A stretch of 49,607 nucleotides of DNA from a virus. The notes under the pieces were generated by a model. It made no database searches and was not told the DNA's origin. It saw only the letters and a list, made by a program, of their open reading frames with translations. The stretch is from the IMG/VR virus record IMGVR_UViG_3300020202_000017; one strand, 5' to 3'. A program made the translations under genes and the position numbers. The stretch's first letter is position 1, and every line of letters starts with the position of its first letter. Shown piece by piece: positions 17,588-25,895 of this stretch.

Positions 17588-19219
17588 GTGGCGAACCAGG
17601 ACTACGCGATTCCGTGGGCAATCCCGGACATCAGTCAGGGGGCTCGGTTTCTGCTCGGCTCCATCAATGCGAGGCGAGACCAGGAGAGGGCCGACGAGAA
17701 CGCCCGAACCCAGCGGATGTTCGCCCAGAGAAACCTGGAAGTGCAGTCGGCCGCCGCGAAGCGGGAAGAGATGCGCTTCAAGCTGGAACAAGAGCGCCTG
17801 GCGCATCAACGGGAAGTCGAGCGGGCGAATGCCATCGGACCCCTGATGCAGGCCGCCCAGCGGTTCAACCCGGCCGTAGCGTCGGCAATGGGCAAGCCGC
17901 ACGGGATTTCGTTCGCCAATGACGAGACGACTTCCGAGCGGGTCAGGCCGGACCTCTTCGGGGCAGCCCAGAATGCGTTCGGAGACTTCGCCCGCCAGAA
18001 GCTCGCGGAGCCTGACCCGCCCCAGGGGCCCGATGTCGGCGTGGACGCCGTAAGCGGCGGCGAGCCGATCGCTCCGCAGCCTGGGCCGCCTGCCGTGGAT
18101 GGCCCGTCTCCCGTCGAACAGGAAATCGCGCGGCTCGAGAGCGTCAAGCCTCGTCTCATGATGAACGTCGGCGACCAGGCCGTTGAAGTGCCGGCGTCTC
18201 GGGACGCGTCCACCGGCCTCGGCCCCGAGTACGACCGGATGTTCAACCAGTTCCGCCAGCTTCCCGGGGTCTCCGAGGAGGACGCTCTCAAGCTCGTGTT
18301 CCAGGAGCACAAGGCGCAGCAGGGACAAGAGGCAAGTGCCAATCGTACCGCCGATACGATTGCCTCCAGGGAGCGGCTGGCCGCTGCGCACCGGCCCGAC
18401 GTCGAGACGCTGGAGAAGTGGCTCATGGCGCGACTGAATCAGTCCGACATCAACAGCCGCCGGGCAGCGAACGCCAAGATTCAATCGGCAGGGGTTACGC
18501 CGAATCTCGCCGGCCTAGCCGAGTTGATCCGAATGAAGGAAGAGGGACAGGCTGACTCTGACATCGCCGGCCGCGCCGCCGACCTGAAAATCCAGCCAAA
18601 AGCGTGGGCCACGCCGGTAAAGGAATCCGGACGACAGGGAGAGAAGCACTCTCAACTCACGGTTACCGGGCCCGACGGTGAAGTCCTGGGCGAGGCCCAC
18701 GATGCAGTAGCCAAGCGACGGCTCGACGACGCCAACATCGCCTTTACCCAGCTAGTCGAGCGAACGAGAGCCCTCTCCGAGGACGTCAAGCAACACGGCG
18801 CCCGCATCATGCCGTGGGACTTCGACGGCCAGCAGCGCCGGGAGAGCCTCAAGGCCGCCGCCGCATCGGCCGGCCGGAAGTACCACGAGCTTGGCGTGTC
18901 CAACGCGAATATCGAACTTGAGCACAAAATCCTCGGGCCGGCGGGGACGCTTACCGACGGGTTCATCAAGGGCGCCAACGCCGACGTCATCGACGAGACG
19001 CTCAAGGAGGCGATGGTCAAACACAAGGCCGGCATGGCGGTTCGCCTCCGCTCCGGGGAGGCCGGCAACCGCGTACAGCCGCAGTTGCCGAAGAAGAAGC
19101 CGGCCAAGCAAGCCGGTCTCCCCGGTCACGGCAGGTCTCTCCCCGCTGGCGCCATCCCCGGGAAGCTGAACGGGCGCCGTGGCTACGTCCTCAACGGCGA
19201 ATTCCACCCGACCGAGTAA
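17588..19219 (+). CDS. Internal virion/ejection protein candidate, 543 aa
   Basis: GTG start directly after the upstream TAA. Long charged helical protein in the slot of the P22 gp7/gp20/gp16 analogues. Confidence 0.45.
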   Translation: MANQDYAIPWAIPDISQGARFLLGSINARRDQERADENARTQRMFAQRNLEVQSAAAKREEMRFKLEQERLAHQREVERANAIGPLMQAAQRFNPAVASAMGKPHGISFANDETTSERVRPDLFGAAQNAFGDFARQKLAEPDPPQGPDVGVDAVSGGEPIAPQPGPPAVDGPSPVEQEIARLESVKPRLMMNVGDQAVEVPASRDASTGLGPEYDRMFNQFRQLPGVSEEDALKLVFQEHKAQQGQEASANRTADTIASRERLAAAHRPDVETLEKWLMARLNQSDINSRRAANAKIQSAGVTPNLAGLAELIRMKEEGQADSDIAGRAADLKIQPKAWATPVKESGRQGEKHSQLTVTGPDGEVLGEAHDAVAKRRLDDANIAFTQLVERTRALSEDVKQHGARIMPWDFDGQQRRESLKAAAASAGRKYHELGVSNANIELEHKILGPAGTLTDGFIKGANADVIDETLKEAMVKHKAGMAVRLRSGEAGNRVQPQLPKKKPAKQAGLPGHGRSLPAGAIPGKLNGRRGYVLNGEFHPTE

Positions 19220-21042
19220 TGGCGAAACTACCCAAAGGCTTCGTCCCCGATGACCCGAAGGCGCTGCCGTCCGGGTTCGTGCCTGACGTTCCCGACGAAG
19301 TGACGGAGGACGACACCCCCATGGCGAGGGGCGTCGTTGACGCGGTCGAGGACGGGACTGCGCGGGTGGTCACCGACGATGGGCGGGTTGTCGAGCTTCC
19401 TTCCCATCTGGTTCCAGGCAAAGAGAGTGACGAGACGTCGGTCCCGGCTTTCCTCGTCCCCGGGACGAAGCGCCAGAAGAGTCCCTCTCGGACCTACCCG
19501 TCTACCGGCCCCATCGAGCAAATCCGCAAGGACCTCGACCCGGCACAGCTCCCCGACGTCAACCCACTCACGTCTGCGGCCCGGGGGTTTGGCGGCGCCC
19601 TCAACAGCCTTGCCGACCGCTTCACCTTTGGGGCGTACGGCGCTGCCAATCGCGCGCTGGGTAGCCTCGGAGTCCCCGGTGCTTCCGACGCGGCGGACAG
19701 CATTGACTCGTACCGCTCGGAACACCCATTTGCCTCGGTCGTCTCTGACGCCCCGGCATACCTTGCTGCCGGGCCGGCCAGGGCGCTTGCTACTGGCGTA
19801 GAGCGGCTCATCCCCCAGGCGTCGTCGGCCATCGGGCGGACAGGGCGCGCGGCTCTGTCGTCCGGGGTCACTTCCGGTGTCATCGGCGGGGCCGAGGCTG
19901 GCGCGCGCGGCGAGGAGCCCGGGGAAATTCTTCGCGAGGCCGGGCAATCTGCGCTCATCGGCGGGGCCATTGGCGGAGGTGCGGCGGCTGGTCTTGGGGT
20001 GCTCGGGAATGCTGCCCGGAGGGTTATGGGCTCCCGAGGGGCGCAGGCACGTGAGTTCGTCGAGTCGCGGGGTGGTGTGCCAGGGAGAAAACACACTGAC
20101 GCGGACATCGGCGAGGCCGCGAAGCACGCCGACGAGCGGGTGAAGCTGGGGCTAGAGGAGTACCGCCGGGACGTCGCGGAGCGGCCGTACAACGAGGCTA
20201 TCTCGCAGATTTCGGACGCAGACGCGAAGGCACTGGTGGATGTCCGGCCGATCTACTCGGACCTCGCCAAGTCCTACTACGACCCCGCCAACCTCCAGGT
20301 ACGCGGGCAAATCAAAGAGCTGATGGACCTCATGGAGTTCTATCAGCGCGGCAACGGGTCGATGCTCATGACGGAAGAGGGGCTTAACGGCCTCCGTCGT
20401 GGCATCGCTGGCGTGTCGAAGGTCGGCGTTTCCACGGAAGGCAAGCTGTCCCCGCTGCGCAGCGCCTTCGGGAAGGCAAAGTCCATGGTCGACATGGGCC
20501 CTTACGCCGAAGCCAATCGGCTGTTCTCAGAGGGAACCGCCGAGGCCGACGAGAGCCTCAAGATGCTCGACCTCCGGCGTTCCAGGAGCGCACAGGAGCC
20601 CATCAAGGGGAACCTCGGGGTCAAGGCCCAGCGCCTCGGCCAAAACACCGTCACGGCTGGCAGAGACCGCCCCGGCGTCGATGCGTTCCGGGAGAAGCAT
20701 CCCGACCTCGCCGCCGAGCTCGACGCCCCAGAGTTGATGCGGTCTGAATCAGACCTCGCCTTTCACCTTCTCCCGCACGCCCACGGCGGCCTGATTGAAC
20801 GCACGGCGGGGGCCGCCGGGTTAGCGCCCGCGCTCATGCTCGCTGGTGCTGGGCATGGAGGGCAGGGGGTCGCCTCGTTGCTCGCCGGCCTTGCTCTGCA
20901 AAACGCCACGCCGATAGCTGGCCGTGTTCTCTACAACCCCGCTCGAGCCCTGCTCAGACTCGAACCGCTCGTTCTCGGGGAGACGCCGGCTATCTCACAG
21001 AGCGGAGCCCGCTACCTGCTCGGACACTCGGAGGGACCGTAA
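19219..21042 (+). CDS. Internal virion/ejection protein candidate, 607 aa
   Basis: TAATG overlap. Contains Gly/Ala-rich hydrophobic stretches (..SGVTSGVIGGAEAGA.., ..LIGGAIGGGAAAGLGVLG..) typical of membrane-inserting ejection proteins. Confidence 0.45.
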   Translation: MAKLPKGFVPDDPKALPSGFVPDVPDEVTEDDTPMARGVVDAVEDGTARVVTDDGRVVELPSHLVPGKESDETSVPAFLVPGTKRQKSPSRTYPSTGPIEQIRKDLDPAQLPDVNPLTSAARGFGGALNSLADRFTFGAYGAANRALGSLGVPGASDAADSIDSYRSEHPFASVVSDAPAYLAAGPARALATGVERLIPQASSAIGRTGRAALSSGVTSGVIGGAEAGARGEEPGEILREAGQSALIGGAIGGGAAAGLGVLGNAARRVMGSRGAQAREFVESRGGVPGRKHTDADIGEAAKHADERVKLGLEEYRRDVAERPYNEAISQISDADAKALVDVRPIYSDLAKSYYDPANLQVRGQIKELMDLMEFYQRGNGSMLMTEEGLNGLRRGIAGVSKVGVSTEGKLSPLRSAFGKAKSMVDMGPYAEANRLFSEGTAEADESLKMLDLRRSRSAQEPIKGNLGVKAQRLGQNTVTAGRDRPGVDAFREKHPDLAAELDAPELMRSESDLAFHLLPHAHGGLIERTAGAAGLAPALMLAGAGHGGQGVASLLAGLALQNATPIAGRVLYNPARALLRLEPLVLGETPAISQSGARYLLGHSEGP

Positions 21043-21426
21043 ATGACCGACGACGGACAGCAACTACTCGCCACCAGCTACGGCAGCGCCGCCGTAGCCG
21101 CCCCTGCCTCTGGCGCGACCATCACCCTATGGTCTTCGGCGGGGAACGTCGCGCAGGCGACCCAGGGGGCTCGCTACAAGCGGCTTGTCATCAACCTGTA
21201 CGTGTCGCACGCGAGCGCCTCTAGCGGCCTGCAGATTGACGAGTCGGTCGATAACTCGAACTGGCGCAACCTGGTGAGCTATGACATCGCCGCTACTACG
21301 TACGAGAAAAAGTACGTGTCGGTGAGTGCGCCGTTCGTCCGGGTCCGCTACGTGAACAGCGCCAACACGCTGACCACCTGGGAGATGGCGGTACTTGGAG
21401 ACCAGACTGAAAGGGCGACGCAGTAA
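21043..21426 (+). CDS. Beta-sandwich virion protein, 127 aa
   Basis: ATG directly follows the upstream TAA. Beta-rich sequence with no recognisable motif. Confidence 0.5.
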   Translation: MTDDGQQLLATSYGSAAVAAPASGATITLWSSAGNVAQATQGARYKRLVINLYVSHASASSGLQIDESVDNSNWRNLVSYDIAATTYEKKYVSVSAPFVRVRYVNSANTLTTWEMAVLGDQTERATQ

Positions 21427-22169
21427 TGGCCGCCGACGTCGACTACTTTCCTGTAATTAGCAGCGGCCTGACTCCGACCCAGGAAGCGGCCGTTGATACC
21501 GTCGAGAACGATGCCCGTCTCACGGCCCTCTCTCGGGCTAGAGAGCTACTCGGGACGACCATCAACACGGTGGTCGGGACCCACTGGGACAACATTCCAT
21601 ACGTCGTCGCTACCTCGGGTACCGGCACGGTAGCAACCAGCGCGACGGCCAAGTCAGGGGTTCTGGTCCTCTCGTCAGGGGCGACGAACTCAGGTCTTGG
21701 GCAGGTTCGCATGGCGGCCTCAACGGGGACGACTTCGCTCATCGACAACCCGCGCACCGCCCTCTGGTACATCGTGAGCCGGATGAAGGTGTCCACGGCC
21801 ATCGACGCCGCAGCCCTTTGCAGCCTCCGCATTTACACCGCGGCAGGGAGTAATCCACAGGTGACGTGGGGGGTGACCGGGTCTGTTTCGACCACTCACT
21901 TCGTCCTGGCAGTCATCGACGGGGCTGGGTCGGTGGCCGCGTCCGACACGTCAACGGTAGCCATCGACACGAGCTATCACACGTTCGAGATGTGGAACGA
22001 CGGAACGAACGTCCATGGGGCGATTGACGGGGTGGACGTTGCGGATACGCCTTCCGCAGGGGTTGCGACGAACGCGTCGACCGGGGCGATTCTGACGTTC
22101 AACGGAGCGACCAATGCAGCCCGGACCATAGAGTCAGACACTCTCTACATCTGCACCGTGGGGAACTGA
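21426..22169 (+). CDS. Jelly-roll/LamG-like virion protein, 247 aa
   Basis: TAATG overlap. ..SYHTFEMWNDGTNVHGAIDGVDVA.. resembles concanavalin-like lectin folds. Weak. Confidence 0.4.
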   Translation: MAADVDYFPVISSGLTPTQEAAVDTVENDARLTALSRARELLGTTINTVVGTHWDNIPYVVATSGTGTVATSATAKSGVLVLSSGATNSGLGQVRMAASTGTTSLIDNPRTALWYIVSRMKVSTAIDAAALCSLRIYTAAGSNPQVTWGVTGSVSTTHFVLAVIDGAGSVAASDTSTVAIDTSYHTFEMWNDGTNVHGAIDGVDVADTPSAGVATNASTGAILTFNGATNAARTIESDTLYICTVGN

Positions 22170-22399
22170 TGAAAACAGGAATAAAAGCAACGAAGGCGGA
22201 GCACACCCAGGTTATCAAGGCGCTGGCCGCTGCGGTCGCTGCGCTTAAGCCGGATGTCGCCGCGGTGGTCGGCGGAGAGGTAGCTTTCGGCGCAACCCGG
22301 GCCCTGGTCGCTGCCTTGGCGGCTAAGCACGGCCTGCCCGACGGGCTTTACCGGATTACGGACGATGGCGAGTTCGAGGACATCCGAAAGTCAAAGTGA
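22169..22399 (+). CDS. Hypothetical protein, 76 aa, Ala-rich
   Basis: TGATG overlap with the upstream gene. Confidence 0.5.
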   Translation: MKTGIKATKAEHTQVIKALAAAVAALKPDVAAVVGGEVAFGATRALVAALAAKHGLPDGLYRITDDGEFEDIRKSK

Positions 22400-22402
22400 T
22401 GA

Positions 22403-22639
22403 GTGGACACCCCTCCGCCAGAACTGCGCCATCCGGAGTGGCTGGTAAAGCTGGTCATCGAGCCGCTGAAGCCACGCAACCGCCTGCGTACGGCGAGGTG
22501 GGTCCTGACGCTGTTTCTCTCTGCCGCGGTCGCCGGGATGTTCCGAGAAGTAACGCACATGATTGCGATGCGCCTGGAGTGGGAACCGCCGCCCCCGAGG
22601 TCCGGGGAGCGGATGCCGGGGGTCGACCCGGTGAAGTGA
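22403..22639 (+). CDS. Single-pass membrane protein, 78 aa (lysis-module candidate)
   Basis: GTG start. One hydrophobic helix (WVLTLFLSAAVAGMF) flanked by charged segments. Lies upstream of the holin and endolysin. Confidence 0.4.
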   Translation: MDTPPPELRHPEWLVKLVIEPLKPRNRLRTARWVLTLFLSAAVAGMFREVTHMIAMRLEWEPPPPRSGERMPGVDPVK

Positions 22640-22897
22640 GTGGAGATGTCGAATGAGGAATATCCCAGCCGAGGAACGGGCGACTGGCGCGACCTCGACA
22701 AGGCTGAGGTGCACACCCTCAGAGTCGTCTTCCGAGCGCTTGAAGCTGCTGGAACGGCTGGCCTCAGGAGCGTTGTCGCTCTTGAGCAAGCTACAGGAGA
22801 TCAACGCCGCGCACTTACCAGAGAAATCCGAGAACAACTCAAATACGTCTGTGACGTCGGACTTAGCTGCGTCGACGCCCTGAAAGGATGCGAATGA
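22640..22897 (+). CDS. Hypothetical protein, 85 aa
   Basis: GTG immediately follows the upstream TGA, and its stop overlaps the holin ATG (ATGA). Confidence 0.45.
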   Translation: MEMSNEEYPSRGTGDWRDLDKAEVHTLRVVFRALEAAGTAGLRSVVALEQATGDQRRALTREIREQLKYVCDVGLSCVDALKGCE

Positions 22898-23145
22898 AAA
22901 TCAAGAATGCGAAGAACAAGGTACTGGCCGCCGTCGCCTCCACCGTTGCCGGCGCCGGGGCGGTTGTTGGCCTGGCCGCGACGGGCGTAGGCCTTCCAGC
23001 CGCCATCGTGACCGCGGCGAAGTGGATTGTCACCTGGGGGACGGTCTTCGGGGTCGTGGCCGCCAAAGCCCTCCCCGGGAACGGGAAGAACGCCCCCAAG
23101 AAAGACGCCCGCGGCCAAATCGCCGACGCCGAAGACCCCCGATGA
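22894..23145 (+). CDS. Holin candidate, 2 TM, 83 aa
   Basis: ATGA coupling with AAAGGA 5 nt upstream. Two hydrophobic helices (VLAAVASTVAGAGAVVGLAA; WIVTWGTVFGVVAA) and a charged C-terminus. Lies just upstream of the endolysin. Confidence 0.5.
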   Translation: MKIKNAKNKVLAAVASTVAGAGAVVGLAATGVGLPAAIVTAAKWIVTWGTVFGVVAAKALPGNGKNAPKKDARGQIADAEDPR

Positions 23146-23222
23146 CCACCCGGGACTCGGTGTTCTTCTGCGCTGGGGCCGTCCTGGTTCTTGGAGTCGT
23201 CCTCATAGCCCTATTCGTATGA
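23142..23222 (+). CDS. 26-aa single-TM micropeptide (lysis cassette)
   Basis: MTTRDSVFFCAGAVLVLGVVLIALFV. Flanked on both sides by ATGA overlaps (holin stop and endolysin start). Confidence 0.4.
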   Translation: MTTRDSVFFCAGAVLVLGVVLIALFV

Positions 23223-23737
23223 GCGTTAACCTCCCCCCATCGCCGTTCCGCGACCCTCCCCCTCTGCCAATCACCGACGGGGAGGCGTTCCGGCTATCCC
23301 TCTTGCGCCCAGATGCAAGGGCCAGGGCCGAGGGAGTCATGCGGCGGATGATGCAGCGGGGGCACGACTGCCCATACGTCGGGTCAACCAGGCGTACCCA
23401 GCGAGAGCAGGAAGACGCCCAGAGACGAGGGACCAGCTCCGCGTCCCAGACCCTGTCCTGGCACCTCCTGGACCGAGCAGTCGACTTCAGGAAGCGCCTC
23501 CCAGGGAACAAGCCAGACCCGACCACCAAGGACGAGAGGTTCTTCCTGGACCTCTGGGAGTGCGCAGAGGAAGAGGGGATGCGCTGCCTCGGCTTCGAAA
23601 AGGACCACGCCGGTAAGCCCGTGAAGCTCTATATCAACAACGGCAAGCTGTGGGACCCTGGCCACTGCGAATGGCGCCAGCCCTACGTTTCTCTCGTCCA
23701 GGCCACCGCGGCGGAGGCGCCCTACCTCATCGCCTAG
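23219..23737 (+). CDS. Endolysin, peptidase M15 (VanY / L-Ala-D-Glu peptidase-like)
   Basis: ATGA-coupled internal start of track ORF 23027..23737. Zn-ligand-type motifs SWHLLDRAVD (SxHxxxxAxD) and DPGHCEW. 172 aa with no wall-binding domain. Confidence 0.65.
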   Translation: MSVNLPPSPFRDPPPLPITDGEAFRLSLLRPDARARAEGVMRRMMQRGHDCPYVGSTRRTQREQEDAQRRGTSSASQTLSWHLLDRAVDFRKRLPGNKPDPTTKDERFFLDLWECAEEEGMRCLGFEKDHAGKPVKLYINNGKLWDPGHCEWRQPYVSLVQATAAEAPYLIA

Positions 23738-23940
23738 CGGACCCGCTTTCGCTTTAGCGGGTTCTTAGACTGCCTCCAAAGCAGCCACCCCATAACCCCC
23801 GTGGCCAACGTGAAAACGGGGATGCACACGAGAACCACCCACGTCTCGTCTGCCCAGAGGGCAGACCACGCGCTCACGCTGGCGGCACTGATAGATACCA
23901 CCCACGCCGCCGCTTCTTTCTTGGTGATAGGTTGATTCAA
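23734..23940 (-). CDS. 2-TM small membrane protein, 68 aa (last gene of the leftward operon)
   Basis: TTG start overlapping the HTTM stop (TTGA). Helices AAAWVVSISAASVSAWSALWA and WVVLVCIPVFTLATGVMGWLLW, with basic tail KNPLKRKRVR. Its stop shares the CTAG with the endolysin stop. Confidence 0.4.
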   Translation of the reverse strand: MNQPITKKEAAAWVVSISAASVSAWSALWADETWVVLVCIPVFTLATGVMGWLLWRQSKNPLKRKRVR

Positions 23941-25175
23941 AGGGTCACCCGACAAACGAGCCGTCCGTCTGAGTAGAAGGCTACAGCGTACTTCCCATTC
24001 CCCCCTAGCTCCCGGTCGAACTTCACAAGCGTCTCTACCCTCCAGCGGTCGATATCCTCCACCCAGCACCTATCCCCCATCCCAACCCTTTCTCTCCTCC
24101 ACATGAGCGCCACGCCGTAGTAGATGCGCTCCGAGGCATGCCAGGCGAGCCTGCCACCTTTCTCGTCGTTCAAGGGGAGCCGGGTTTCCTTGCCACCCTC
24201 GAGCCGATAGAGAACCGCGTAACTCTCGTTCGTCCGAAGGTCCGTCCGGTTGAAGACGTTCACCGGGGATATGCCAAGGTGCTCAGAGAGGACGGGCAGG
24301 GGGTTGACGCTCCCGGCGACAGGGTAGTCCGCTACCGCCAGAAGACACCCAGCGACGAACACGAACACCCCTATCCCTGCTCGATTCCCCTCGGGGGGCT
24401 GGAGCTTGAGCGGGGGACCCCAGAAAACCAGGGCCCACAGGAGGAGCTCGAAGTACGGGAGCCACGCCAGGTGCAACAGGAGAGCGCTGGAGACGAAGAA
24501 GGCGAGCCCATAGCCACAGACCGCCAGTCGGCCGAATCGGCTTCCCCAGAGCGCAAGGGGAAGCATTAGGACCTCCCACGCAAGCATCGCCAGGGTGGCG
24601 ACCAGGGACCCCACGGAAGCAGCTCCCGGGAGCCTCGCTACGACCCACCGAAAGGCGTCGGCGTGGGCGCTGAAGTAGGGGTTGGTGAACACCAGAACCT
24701 GAGCCTCTCCCGAGCGCCAGAGCCGGTCCTGCAGGTGAAACTGCGCGGCCGAGAGAGAGGCCACGGCGTAGGCCGTAAGCGCCATGAGGCGGAGCAGATT
24801 CGCCCTGCTCTCCGTCGGAGAGCCCCATACGCGGTAGATAGCCGTGACCCACCGCCAGCGTAGTCGGGCGTCCAGGGACAGCTCCGTCCCGGCTGGCAAG
24901 AAGGCCATGACCAGGCAGAGCATCTGCACGACCATCGTAGACAGGGACCAGGACAAAAGAACTTGGTCCGCGTGCCACTGGAACAGAAATAGGGAGAGAG
25001 CTGCGAGCGGCGCCAGAAACCCCACTGCGAGCATGAGCGCCGCTGACAGCTCGAAGCCTATAGCAAGCCACTGTGCCGGCGACGTATCCAGGTGCGCCAG
25101 GGCCCACAGGTTCGTCCCGTAGCGGTGGAGCAGGACAGCCCCAAAGGCTATCCGGATGAGGTTGATGCGGAACAC
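23937..25175 (-). CDS. HTTM-domain (vitamin K gamma-carboxylase/SdpB-like) polytopic membrane protein with a ~110-aa soluble C-terminal domain
   Basis: 412 aa, GTG start, about 8-9 hydrophobic helices. The N-terminus NLIRIAFGAVLL..., then ..FLFQWHADQVLLSW..MAFLPAGTELSLDARL, align by eye with the HTTM core (FRxxFG ... NHxYL ... SxDxLL). Confidence 0.5.
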   Translation of the reverse strand: MFRINLIRIAFGAVLLHRYGTNLWALAHLDTSPAQWLAIGFELSAALMLAVGFLAPLAALSLFLFQWHADQVLLSWSLSTMVVQMLCLVMAFLPAGTELSLDARLRWRWVTAIYRVWGSPTESRANLLRLMALTAYAVASLSAAQFHLQDRLWRSGEAQVLVFTNPYFSAHADAFRWVVARLPGAASVGSLVATLAMLAWEVLMLPLALWGSRFGRLAVCGYGLAFFVSSALLLHLAWLPYFELLLWALVFWGPPLKLQPPEGNRAGIGVFVFVAGCLLAVADYPVAGSVNPLPVLSEHLGISPVNVFNRTDLRTNESYAVLYRLEGGKETRLPLNDEKGGRLAWHASERIYYGVALMWRRERVGMGDRCWVEDIDRWRVETLVKFDRELGGNGKYAVAFYSDGRLVCRVTL

Positions 25176-25333
25176 GGGGGGCCGCCGAGTATCGCCTTCT
25201 CTTCCCGCAGCAACAACTCCAGCTCGACGCGCTCTCTCTGCTCCCCTGCGATCACCCTCGCCTGTAGCTCTTCCCTGGCTCTCTTGGAGAGCTTCCCGGT
25301 AACGAGGGCGTAGGCCCCTTCGGGGATGGTCAT
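25148..25333 (-). CDS. Hypothetical 61-aa charged helical protein
   Basis: ATG overlaps the VRR-NUC stop (ATGA). High third-position GC. Overlaps the HTTM start by 28 nt. Confidence 0.4.
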   Translation of the reverse strand: MTIPEGAYALVTGKLSKRAREELQARVIAGEQRERVELELLLREEKAILGGPPCSASTSSG

Positions 25334-25608
25334 ACCTTCAGCCCGCACGCCCTCAAGGCTTCCTCCTCCGTCTGGACCACGAAGTAGGACCATGGGAAGA
25401 GCTTCTGTAGCGCCTGCTCGGACTCAGTGAGCTTGCGGCAGTGAGGGGGGCCTGGTTTTTTGATCTCGAGAAACACAACCTCTCCTCCCAGGGTCTCTGT
25501 GACGAGGTCGCACCCAAAGCCGTGGTACCTGGCCACGTCCTTTACTGGGCGCCCAATGCGTTCCAGGGCTCGCTTGATGGGCAGGTGATTGACATCAGTT
25601 CGGTACAC
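25330..25608 (-). CDS. VRR-NUC-type PD-(D/E)xK nuclease, 92 aa
   Basis: GTG 25608 with GAAGGAGG 10 nt upstream (the track ORF extends to 25671). Motif GFGCDLVTETLGGEVVFLEIKKPG..KLTESEQ fits G-x-PD...E-x-K...Q of VRR-NUC. Confidence 0.55.
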   Translation of the reverse strand: MYRTDVNHLPIKRALERIGRPVKDVARYHGFGCDLVTETLGGEVVFLEIKKPGPPHCRKLTESEQALQKLFPWSYFVVQTEEEALRACGLKV

Positions 25609-25610
25609 TC

Positions 25611-25877
25611 CTAGTTCGCCTCCTTCTCCAGGCGCTCTTTCGTGCAGCCAGCACACGACGGGTCCGTACATGGCAAGAGCAGAGAGGCCGCCTCTTCGTT
25701 CGAGAGTCCCGCCCTCCTGAGCCTCCGTACGAATTCCACGGTGGCGTGAGCCGTCCCCTCGCCCAGCCCTGACCTAAACCCCCTCTTTATGGCAACCCGG
25801 TAGATGGGGACCCATGCAACTACCGCGAGAACGGACGTCCCGAAGAAGACGACCACCGCAAACGCCTCTGCGCTCAT
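25611..25877 (-). CDS. N-terminally membrane-anchored protein with a possible HTH, 88 aa (first gene of the leftward operon)
   Basis: TM helix AFAVVVFFGTSVLAVVAWVPIY, then ..VEFVRRLRRAGLSNEEAASLL.. (resolvase/sigma-r4-like HTH look), then a CxxxxCxxC tail. Confidence 0.5.
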   Translation of the reverse strand: MSAEAFAVVVFFGTSVLAVVAWVPIYRVAIKRGFRSGLGEGTAHATVEFVRRLRRAGLSNEEAASLLLPCTDPSCAGCTKERLEKEAN

Positions 25878-25895
25878 CGTGATATTCCTTTCGAG

